DNA of 64,000 nt, from NCBI GenBank assembly GCA_965655095.1, contig OZ296648.1, positions 4,092,001 to 4,156,000 on the forward strand, given 5' to 3'. Positions 39,901 to 51,900 of the stretch are shown in pieces. Each line of letters begins with the position of its first letter. Position 1 is the stretch's first letter. Made by a program: the position numbers and the translations under genes. This DNA comes from Haplodiscus bocki. Its lineage: Eukaryota. Under the pieces are notes generated by a model. That model made no database searches and was not told the DNA's origin. It worked only from the letters and a program-made list of their open reading frames with translations.

Positions 39901-42900
39901 AGTTCTCAGAGTTTTCCCTATCCGAACCTTTAAAATCATCTTGTGACTACGATCATCCAAAGCCTTGACTAGTTTCTGACCTTGACGAGTCGAGGCAGTT
40001 CTAACCGTTGTGAGGTTTTCAGTAGTTTTTAAGATCCTTTCAATTTTCTCCACGTTTGCCTGAACAAAGAAAACTGCTCTGTTTACTTCTATAGTAAAGA
40101 TGAAATTGGTATGGAATAACACCTGACGAGATAACGGAGCCTATTTGTGCTCTTGCAGTAAGAAAAGAGTACTTTCGCTTTTTTTGTTTGAGTGTTTTGG
40201 ATTTTCTTTTGTTTTTGGCTATTTTTTGAAGGAAAGCTGGGAGAGGTATGTTTTTTTTCGGAATTTTGTGACAGCTTAGCTACTTTTCAAAATTGAGAAA
40301 TCTCTTTAAACTTTTCAACGAGCTTCATCTTGCCTGCAGAAATAGAGGGACAGCGGTTCAAAATCAGAGCAAGTTGCCTGCGCAGGTTCAAGAAAAGTTT
40401 ACTTTCAGCGGTGAGAGCAATGGAATTTGCGACTTCCCAACTATACTTCGCAAACCTGTAAACGGCTTGGCATAGCTGGTGGCCTCTCAACAGAGCTCGA
40501 ATTTGGGAAACACAAAAGAGCTGTCTCGGGTGTATGACAGCTCTTGCGGGTCTTGTGCTTCCTTGTAGAGTTTTCGAGAAAACATGTTCTTCCTGTTACA
40601 TCTCTGCAGACCTATATCTTTCCATCTCAGTATTTTTTAAGCTTCATTTTTGTCGGAGATTGTTTCAGGGAGCCATTTGGGAGAGCTTGGGGATTACGAA
40701 AGTCGATCTAAAAGTTTTATGTTACCTTCACTTAAGAAAAAATAATTTTTTAGTAGTTTCACTTTGGTATCTGATGGGCTGAAAAAAGTTTTAGAAGTCT
40801 AACATTCCCAGAAATGAACAAATTGATAGAGAAACGGTCCTCTGCAACTGTTAGTTTGATTTTCACGCGTTTAGAGGTTTTCCAGTGAGTTTTGGACTCT
40901 GTTCAAACTTTTATTTTGAATTCAAACCTTGAGCTCATCTCAAAAAAACTGGCTGTTTTTGAATTTTTGTAATGTTTTCTTTTTCGAAACTGTGAATACT
41001 GTGACTCCGTTCTTGAACCGACTTCTCTATTGTCGGACCAAAACCAAACGATGCGCCTCCCACGCTTGTGGGATTTTCGGTGATTATCTTTATTGTTTTT
41101 ACCATCGCCTCAACAAGGAAACGCTCTGTGTTTACATCCTTTGTTAAGTTCAAAACGGAGCGTGACAGCTGAGGATTCAGAAGAACATGTTCTTGCTCAA
41201 GCAATAAGAAAAGATTACTTTCCAGCCTCGGCTCGCGTTCTCCGGGCGCTCTGCTTGTTTTTTTAAGGGAAGATTACGGATGTATGTTTTTTTCTGACAG
41301 ATTTGCCAGTTCTCAAAATTGATTTATGTTTCCCAAGTGTTGAGCGAGCCTAATGTTTGTTGCAAGATAACAGAAACATCTGTTTTAAGCAAAGTGACGT
41401 TTATACGATTGTCCGAGAACACTGATTTTTTTTCAGAGGGAAAAAGACTGGCAATTTTGACTTTCTAACTATATTTCACAAAATATGAAACGGCTCGGCA
41501 TGGCGGCTGACCTTTCATTAGAGCTCGAATTTGTAGAAACCCAAAAAGGTGTTTCCGAGACTATCATAAGTTCTGTGAGTCTTGTGCTTTGTGGATGGGA
41601 GTTTTTGTAGAATTTGTCATGAAAAGATGTTTTTGCTGTTATACCGTCTCTGCAACTTTATATATTTCGAACTCATTTTTTTCATTGAGCCTCTTTTCCA
41701 GGTTTTCCAGTGACTTCTGTGTTTTTTTGGAGAATTTTTGTGTCATTTAAAACCTTGAATTCATCTCAAAAAACTAGCTGTTTTCGGAAGTTTTCAGAGT
41801 TTTCCCTATCCGAACCTTTAAAATCATCTTGTGACTACGATCATCCAAAGCCTTCACTAGTTTCTGACCATGACGAGTCGAGGCAGTTCCAACCGTTTTG
41901 AGGTTTTCAGTAGTTTTTAAGATCCTTTCAATTTTCTCCACGTTTGCCTGAACGAAGAAAACTGCTCTGTTTACTTCTATAGTAAAGATGAAATTGGTAT
42001 GGAATAACACCTGACGAGATAACGGAGCCTATTTGTGCTCTTGCAGTAAGAAAAGAGTACTTTCGCTTTTTTTGTTTGAGTGTTTTGGATTTTCTTTTGT
42101 TTTTGGCTATTTTTTGAAGGAAAGCTGGGAGAGGTATGTTTTTTTTCGGAATTTTGTGACAGCTTAGCTACTTTTCAAAATTGAGAAATCTCTTTAAACT
42201 TTTCAACGAGCTTCATCTTGCCTGCAGAAATAGAGGGACAGCGGTTCAAAATCAGAGCAAGTTGCCTGCGCAGGTTCAAGAAAAGTTTACTTTCAGCGGT
42301 GAGAGCAATGGAATTTGCGACTTCCCAACTATACTTCGCAAACCTGTAAACGGCTTCGCATAGCTGGTGGCCTCTCAACAGAGCTCGAATTTGGGAAACA
42401 CAAAAGAGCTGTCTCGGGTGTATGACAGCTCTTGCGGGTCTTGTGCTTCCTTGTAGAGAGTTTTCGGGAAAACATGTTCTTCCTGTTACATCTCTGCAGA
42501 CCTATATCTTTCCATCTCAGTATTTTATTATGCTTCATATTCGTCGCAGATGGTTTCAGTGAGCCTTTTGAATGACCTTGGGGATTACGAAAGACCATCA
42601 AAGAGTTTTAAGCTACCTTCACTTGAGAAAAAAATCCTTTTTGGTAGTTTAACTTTGGTATCTGATGGGCTGAAAAAAGTTGTAGAAGTCTTACATTCCC
42701 AGAAATGAACGAAATGGTAGAGAAACCGTCTTTTGCAACTGTTAGTTTGATTTGCAAAACATTCGGAGGTTTTCCGGTGACTTTTGGGTTCTTTTCAAAA
42801 GTTTTTTTTTTTCAAATCAAACCATGAGTTCATCTCAAAAAACTGGACATTTTTGATGTTTTGTATAGTTTTTTTTCGACACTATGAATACTGTGGGTAC

Positions 42901-45900
42901 GTTTTTGAACAGACTTCTCTATTGTCCGAAGAAAACCGAACGATGCGCCTCCCACCGTTGTGGGGTTTTCAAGGATCATCTTTATTGTTTTTACCAACGC
43001 CTGAACAATGAAACGTGTTGTGTTTACATCCTTTGTTAAGTTCAAAAAGGAGCGTGGCAGCTGATGAATCAGAAGAAGCTGTTCTTGCTCAAGCAAGAAG
43101 AAAAGAATACTTTCCAACTTCTGCTGGAGTTTTCTGGGTGCTCTGCTTGTTTTCGGGAGTTTTTTAAGGAAAGATTACGGATGTATGTTTTTTTCTGAAT
43201 TTTGTTCACATTTTTGCCAATTCTCAAAATTGAATAATCTTTCCCAAGTTCTCATGGAGCCTAATGTTTGTTGCAGGACAACAGAAACATCTGCTGTGGG
43301 CAAAGTGACGTATATACGATTGCCCGAGAACACTTATTTTTTCAGAGGGAAAAAGAATGGCAATTGTGTTTTTCTAACTATACTTCACAAAATATGAAAC
43401 GGCTTGGCATGGTGGCTGACCTTTCAACAGAGCTCGAATTTGTAGAAACCCAAAAAGGTGTTTCCGAGACTATGATAAGTTCTGTGAGTCGTGCTTTGTG
43501 GATGGGAGTTTTTGTAGAATTTGTCATGAAAAGATGTTTTTGCTGTTATACCGTCTCTGCAACTTTATATATTTCGAACTCATTTTTTTCATTGAGCCTC
43601 CTTTCCAGGTTTTCCAGTGACTTCTGTGTTTTTTTGGAGAATTTTTGTGTCATTTAAAACCTTGAATTCATCTCAAAAAACTAGCTGTTTTCGGAATTTT
43701 GAAGAGTTTTCTTTTCGAAACAGTTCATATTGTGACTCCGGTCATGAACAGGGTTAACTTTTGTGTGTCGGGCCGAGACGATGAGCCTCCCACTGTTTCG
43801 AGGTATTAGAGACTTTCCAAGATCGTGTGAATACTATTTACATTTGCCTGAGCAATGGGAACTGCTATTTGTACTTCTTTTTGGGCAACTTGAGAGGAAT
43901 TAATTCTTTGTTGGCAGCTGAGCTCCCGACAAAGCATAGTTGTGCATAAACATGTTGGAAAGTTGACTTCGAGCTCCTGTTGAGTTTTGTGGTAATCTGG
44001 GTTCGTCTAAAACCCAAAAAGGTGTTTTCGCGACTATGATTAGTTTTGTGAGTCTTGTGCTCTTTCGATGTGAGTTTTTGTAGAATTTGTCATGAAAAGA
44101 TGTTTTTCCTGTTACACCATCTCTGCAACGGTATATATTTCATTGAGCTCATTTTTTCATTGAGCCTCTTTTTGTTGTCAGAGAAAGTTTCAGAAAGCCA
44201 TTTTGATGAGCTTGAGTAAGACAAAAGTCGATTTCAGGTTGTTTTAGTTTCATTCACTCAAGAAAAAACTAGAATGATTGGTGCTTTTACCGTGGTATCT
44301 GATGGGCTGAAAAAACTTATGGAACTCGCAAGGTTCTCGAAAGTAAAGAAAATGGTATAGAAATGGTCTCCTGCAACTGTTGGTTTGATTTCCAACTCTT
44401 TCAGGGGTTTTCCAGTGACTGTTGCTTGTTTTTTTGTCAATGCAAACCTTGAAATCATTTTCAAAAAACTGGCTGTTTTCGGAAGTTTTCAGAGTTTTCC
44501 CTATCCGAACCTTTAAAATCATCTTGTGACTACGATCATCCAAAGCCTTCACTAGTTTCTGACCATGACGAGTCGAGGCAGTTCCAACCGTTTTGAGGTT
44601 TTCAGTAGTTTTTAAGATCCTTTCAATTTTCTCCACGTTTGCCTGAACGAAGAAAACTGCTCTGTTTACTTCTATAGTAAAGATGAAATTGGTATGGAAT
44701 AACACCTGACGAGATAACGGAGCCTATTTGTGCTCTTGCAGTAAGAAAAGAGTACTTTCGCTTTTTTTGTTTGAGTGTTTTGGATTTTCTTTTGTTTTTG
44801 GCTATTTTTTGAAGGAAAGCTGGGAGAGGTATGTTTTTTTTCGGAATTTTGTGACAGCTTAGCTACTTTTCAAAATTGAGAAATCTCTTTAAACTTTTCA
44901 ACGAGCTTCATCTTGCCTGCAGAAATAGAGGGACAGCGGTTCAAAATCAGAGCAAGTTGCCTGCGCAGGTTCAAGAAAAGTTTACTTTCAGCGGTGAGAG
45001 CAATGGAATTTGCGACTTCCCAACTATACTTCGCAAACCTGTAAACGGCTTCGCATAGCTGGTGGCCTCTCAACAGAGCTCGAATTTGGGAAACACAAAA
45101 GAGCTGTCTCGGGTGTATGACAGCTCTTGCGGGTCTTGTGCTTCCTTGTAGAGAGTTTTCGAGAAAACATGTTCTTCCTGTTACATCTCTGCAGACCTAT
45201 ATCTTTCTATCTCAGTATTTTTTAAGGTTCATTTTTGTCGGAGATTGTTTCAGGGAGCCATTTGGGAGAGCTTGGGGATTACGAAAGTCGATCTAAAAGT
45301 TTTATGTTACCTTCACTTAAGAAAAAAATAATTTTTTAGTAGTTTCACTTTGGTATCTGATGGGCTGAAAGAAGTTTTAGAAGTCTAACATTCCCAGAAA
45401 TGAACTAATTGATAGAGAAACGGTCCTCTGCAACTGTTAGTTTGATTTTCAAGCGTTTAGAGGTTTTCCAGTGAGTTTTGGACTCTGTTCAAACTTTTAT
45501 TTTGAATTCAAACCTTGAGCTCATCTCAAAAAACTGGCTGTTTTTGAATTTTTGTAATGTTTTCTTTTTCGAAACTGTGAATACTGTGACTCCGTTCTTG
45601 AACCGACTTCTCTATTGTCGGACCAAAACCAAACGATGCGCCTCCCACGCTTGTGGGATTTTCGGTGATTATCTTTATTGTTTTTACCATCGCCTGAACA
45701 AGGAAACGCTCTGTGTTTACATCGTTTGTTAAGTTCAAAACGGAGCGTGACAACTGAGGATTCAGAAGAACATGGTCTTGCTCAAGCAATAAGAAAAGAT
45801 TACTTTCCAGCCTCTGCTCGCGTTCTCCGGGTGCTCTGCTTGTTTTTTTAAGAGAGTTTTTTAAGGGAAGATTACGGATGTATGTTTTTTTATGACAGAT

Positions 45901-48900
45901 TTGCGAGTTCTCAAAATTGATTTATGTTTCCCAAGTGTTGAGCGAGCCTAATGTTTGTTGCAAGATAACAGAAACATCTGTTTTAAGCAAAGTGACGTTT
46001 ATACGATTGTCCGAGAACACTGATTTTTTTTCAGAGGGAAAAAGACTGGCAATTTTGACTTTCTAACTATATTTCACAAAATATGAAACGGCTCGGCAAG
46101 GCGGCTGACCTTTCAACAGAGCTCGAATTTGTAGAAACCCAAAAAGGTGTTTCCGAGACTATCATAAGTTCTGTGAGTCTTGTGCTTTGTGGATGGGAGA
46201 TTTTGTAGAATTTGTCATGAAAAGATGTTTTTGCTGTTATACCGTCTCTGCAACTTTATATATTTCGAACTCATTTTTTTCGTTGAGCCTCTTTTCCAGG
46301 TTTTCCAGTGACTTCTGTGTTTTTTTGGAGAATTTTTGTGTCATTTAAAACCTTGAATTCATCTCAAAAAACTAGCTGTTTTCGGAAGTTTTCAGAGTTT
46401 TCCCTATCCGAACCTTTAAAATCATCTTGTGACTACGATCATCCAAAGCCTTCACTAGTTTCTGACCATGACGAGTCGAGGCAGTTCCAACCGTTTTGAG
46501 GTTTTCAGTAGTTTTTAGGATCCTTTCAATTTTCTCCACGTTTGCCTGAACAAAGAAAACTGCTCTGTTTACTTCTATAGTAAAGATGAAATTGGTATGG
46601 AATAACACCTGACGAGATAACGGAGCCTATTTGTGCTCTTGCAGTAAGAAAAGAGTACTTTCGCTTTTTTTGTTTGAGTGTTTTGGATTTTCTTTTGTTT
46701 TTGGCTATTTTTTGAAGGAAAGCTGGGAGAGGTATGTTTTTTTTCGGAATTTTGTGACAGCTTAGCTACTTTTTAAAATTGAGAAATCTCTTTAAACTTT
46801 TCAACGAGCTTCATCTTGCCTGCAGAAATAGAGGGACAGCGGTTCAAAATCAGAGCAAGTTGCCTGCGCAGGTGCAAGAAAAGTTTACTTTCAGCGGTGA
46901 GAGCAATGGAATTTGCGACTTCCCAACTATACTTCGCAAACCTGTAAACGGCTTGGCATAGCTGGTGGCCTCTCAACAGAGCTCGAATTTGGGAAACACA
47001 AAAGAGCTGTCTCGGGTGTATGACAGCTCTTGCGGGTCTTGTGCTTCCTTGTAGAGAGTTTTCGGGAAAACATGTTCTTCCTGTTACATCTCTGCAGACC
47101 TATATCTTTCCATCTCAGTATTTTATTATGCTTCATATTCGTCGCAGATGGTTTCAGTGAGCCTTTTGAATGACCTTGGGGATTACGAAAGACCATCAAA
47201 GAGTTTTAAGCTACCTTCACTTGAGAAAAAAATCCTTTTTGGTAGTTTAACTTTGGTATCTGATGGGCTGAAAAAAGTTGTAGAAGTCTTACATTCCCAG
47301 AAATGAACGAAATGGTAGAGAAACCGTCTTTTGCAACTGTTAGTTTGATTTGCAAAACATTCGGAGGTTTTCCGGTGACTTTTGGGTTCTTTTCAAAAGT
47401 TTTTTTTTTTCAAATCAAACCATGAGTTCATCTCAAAAAACTGGACATTTTTGATGTTTTGTATAGTTTTTTTTCGACACTATGAATACTGTGGGTACGT
47501 TTTTGAACAGACTTCTCTATTGTCCGAAGAAAACCGAACGATGCGCCTCCCACCGTTGTGGGGTTTTCAAGGATCATCTTTATTGTTTTTACCAACGCCT
47601 GAACAATGAAACGTGTTGTGTTTACATCCTTTGTTAAGTTCAAAAAGGAGCGTGGCAGCTGATGACTCAGAAGAAGCTGTTCTTGCTCAAGCAAGAAGAA
47701 AAGAATACTTTCCAACTTCTGCTGGAGTTTTCTGGGTGCTCTGCTTGTTTTCGGGAGTTTTTTAAGGAAAGATTACGGATGTATGTTTTTTTCTGAATTT
47801 TGTTCACATTTTTGCCAATTCTCAAAATTGAATAATCTTTCCCAAGTTCTCATGGAGCCTAATGTTTGTTGCAGGACAACAGAAACATCTGCTGTGGGCA
47901 AAGTGACGTATATACGATTGCCCGAGAACACTTATTTTTTCAGAGGGAAAAAGAATGGCAATTGTGTTTTTCTAACTATACTTCACAAAATATGAAACGG
48001 CTTGGCATGGTGGCTGACCTTTCAACAGAGCTCGAATTTGTAGAAACCCAAAAAGGTGTTTCCGAGACTATGATAAGTTCTGTGAGTCTTGTGCTTTGTG
48101 GATGGGAGTTTTTGTAGAATTTGTCATGAAAAGATGTTTTTGCTGTTATACCGTCTCTGCGACTTTATATATTTCGAACTCATTTTTTTCAGTGAGCCTC
48201 CTTTCCAGGTTTTCCAGTGACTTCTGTGTTTTTTGGAGAATTTTTGTGTCATTTAAAACCTTGAAGTCATCTCAAAAAACTAGCTGTTTTCGGAATTTTG
48301 AAGAGTTTTCTTTTCGAAACAGTTCATATTGTGACTCCGGTCATGAACAGGGTTAACTTTTGTGTGTCGGGCCGAGACGATGAGCCTCCCACTGTTTCGA
48401 GGTATTAGAGACTTTCCAAGATCGTGTGAATACTATTTACATTTGCCTGAGCAATGGAAACTGCTATTTGTACTTCTTTTTGGGCAACTTGAGAGGAATT
48501 AATTCTTTGTTGGCAGCTGAGCTCCCGACAAAGCATAGTTGTGCATAAACATGTTGGAAAGTTGACTTCGAGCTCCTGTTGAGTTTTGTGGTAATCTGGG
48601 TTCTTCTAAAACCCAAAAAGGTGTTTTCGCGACTATGATTAGTTTTGTGAGTCTTGTGCTCTTTCGATGTGAGTTTTTGTAGAATTTGTCATGAAAAGAT
48701 GTTTTTGCTGTTATACCGTCTCTGCAACTTTATATATTTCGAACTCATTTTTTTCATTGAGCCTCTTTTCCAGGTTTTCCAGTGACTTCTGTGTATTTTT
48801 GGAGAATTTTTGTGTCATTTAAAACCTTGAATTCATCTCAAAAAACTAGCTGTTTTCGGAATTTTGAAGAGTTTTCTTTTCGAAACAGTTCATATTGTGA

Positions 48901-51900
48901 CTCCGGTCATGAACAGGGTTAACTTTTGTGTGTCGGGCCGAGACGATGAGCCTCCCACTGTTTCGAGGTATTAGAGACTTTCCAAGATCGTGTGAATACT
49001 ATTTACATTTGCCTGAGCAATGGAAACTGCTATTTGTACTTCTTTTTGGGCAACTTGAGAGGAATTAATTCTTTGTTGGCAGCTGAGCTCCCGACAAAGC
49101 ATAGTTGTGCATAAACATGTTGGAAAGTTGACTTCGAGCTCCTGTTGAGTTTTGTGGTAATCTGGGTTCGTCTAAAACCCAAAAAGGTGTTTTCGCGACT
49201 ATGATTAGTTTTGTGAGTCTTGTGCTCTTTCGATGTGAGTTTTTGTAGAATTTGTCATGAAAAGATGTTTTTGCTGTTATACCGTCTCTGCAACTTTATA
49301 TATTTCGAACTCATTTTTTTCGTTGAGCCTCTTTTCCAGGTTTTCCAGTGACTTCTGTGTTTTTTTGGAGAATTTTTGTGTCATTTAAAACCTTGAATTC
49401 ATCTCAAAAAACTAGCTGTTTTCGGAAGTTTTCAGAGTTTTCCCTATCCGAACCTTTAAAATCATCTTGTGACTACGATCATCCAAAGCCTTCACTAGTT
49501 TCTGACCATGACGAGTCGAGGCAGTTCCAACCGTTTTGAGGTTTTCAGTAGTTTTTAGGATCCTTTCAATTTTCTCCACGTTTGCCTGAACAAAGAAAAC
49601 TGCTCTGTTTACTTCTATAGTAAAGATGAAATTGGTATGGAATAACACCTGACGAGATAACGGAGCCTATTTGTGCTCTTGCAGTAAGAAAAGAGTACTT
49701 TCGCTTTTTTTGTTTGAGTGTTTTGGATTTTCTTTTGTTTTTGGCTATTTTTTGAAGGAAAGCTGGGAGAGGTATGTTTTTTTTCGGAATTTTGTGACAG
49801 CTTAGCTACTTTTTAAAATTGAGAAATCTCTTTAAACTTTTCAACGAGCTTCATCTTGCCTGCAGAAATAGAGGGACAGCGGTTCAAAATCAGAGCAAGT
49901 TGCCTGCGCAGGTGCAAGAAAAGTTTACTTTCAGCGGTGAGAGCAATGGAATTTGCGACTTCCCAACTATACTTCGCAAACCTGTAAACGGCTTGGCATA
50001 GCTGGTGGCCTCTCAACAGAGCTCGAATTTGGGAAACACAAAAGAGCTGTCTCGGGTGTATGACAGCTCTTGCGGGTCTTGTGCTTCCTTGTAGAGAGTT
50101 TTCGAGAAAACATGTTCTTCCTGTTACATCTCTGCAGACCTATATCTTTCCATCTCAGTATTTTATTAAGCTTCATATTCGTCTCAGATGGTTTCAGTGA
50201 GCCTTTTGAATGACCTTGGGGATTACGAAAGACCATCAAAGAGTTTTAAGCTACCTTCACTTGAGAAAAAAATCCTTTTTGGTAGTTTAACTTTGGTATC
50301 TGATGGGCTGAAAAAAGTTGTAGAAGTCTTACATTCCCAGAAATGAACGAAATGGTAGAGAAACCGTCTTTTGCAACTGTTAGTTTGATTTGCAAAACAT
50401 TCGGAGGTTTTCCGGTGACTTTTGGGTTCTTTTCAAAAGTTTTTTTTTTCAAATCAAACCATGAGTTCATCTCAAAAAACTGGACATTTTTGATGTTTTG
50501 TATAGTTTTTTTTCGACACTATGAATACTGTGGGTACGTTTTTGAACAGACTTCTCTATTGTCCGAAGAAAACCGAACGATGCGCCTCCCACCGTTGTGG
50601 GGTTTTCAAGGATCATCTTTATTGTTTTTACCAACGCCTGAACAATGAAACGTGTTGTGTTTACATCCTTTGTTAAGTTCAAAAAGGAGCGTGGCAGCTG
50701 ATGACTCAGAAGAAGCTGTTCTTGCTCAAGCAAGAAGAAAAGAATACTTTCCAACTTCTGCTGGAGTTTTCTGGGTGCTCTGCTTGTTTTCGGGAGTTTT
50801 TTAAGGAAAGATTACGGATGTATGTTTTTTTCTGAATTTTGTTCACATTTTTGCCAATTCTCAAAATTGAATAATCTTTCCCAAGTTCTCATGGAGCCTA
50901 ATGTTTGTTGCAGGACAACAGAAACATCTGCTGTGGGCAAAGTGACGTATATACGATTGCCCGAGAACACTTATTTTTTCAGAGGGAAAAAGAATGGCAA
51001 TTGTGTTTTTCTAACTATACTTCACAAAATATGAAACGGCTTGGCATGGTGGCTGACCTTTCAACAGAGCTCGAATTTGTAGAAACCCAAAAAGGTGTTT
51101 CCGAGACTATGATAAGTTCTGTGAGTCTTGTGCTTTGTGGATGGGAGTTTTTGTAGAATTTGTCATGAAAAGATGTTTTTGCTGTTATACCGTCTCTGCG
51201 ACTTTATATATTTCGAACTCATTTTTTTCAGTGAGCCTCCTTTCCAGGTTTTCCAGTGACTTCTGTGTTTTTTGGAGAATTTTTGTGTCATTTAAAACCT
51301 TGAAGTCATCTCAAAAAACTAGCTGTTTTCGGAATTTTGAAGAGTTTTCTTTTCGAAACAGTTCATATTGTGACTCCGGTCATGAACAGGGTTAACTTTT
51401 GTGTGTCGGGCCGAGACGATGAGCCTCCCACTGTTTCGAGGTATTAGAGACTTTCCAAGATCGTGTGAATACTATTTACATTTGCCTGAGCAATGGAAAC
51501 TGCTATTTGTACTTCTTTTTGGGCAACTTGAGAGGAATTAATTCTTTGTTGGCAGCTGAGCTCCCGACAAAGCATAGTTGTGAATAAACATGTTGGAAAG
51601 TTGACTTCGAGCTCCTGTTGAGTTTTGTGGTAATCTGGGTTCTTCTAAAACCCAAAAAGGTGTTTTCGCGACTATGATTAGTTTTGTGAGTCTTGTGCTC
51701 TTTCGATGTGAGTTTTTGTAGAATTTGTCATGAAAAGATGTTTTTGCTGTTATACCGTCTCTGCAACTTTATATATTTCGAACTCATTTTCTTCATTGAG
51801 CCTCTTTTCCAGGTTTTCCAGTGACTTCTGTGTATTTTTGGAGAATTTTTGTGTCATTTAAAACCTTGAATTCATCTCAAAAAACTAGCTGTTTTCGGAA

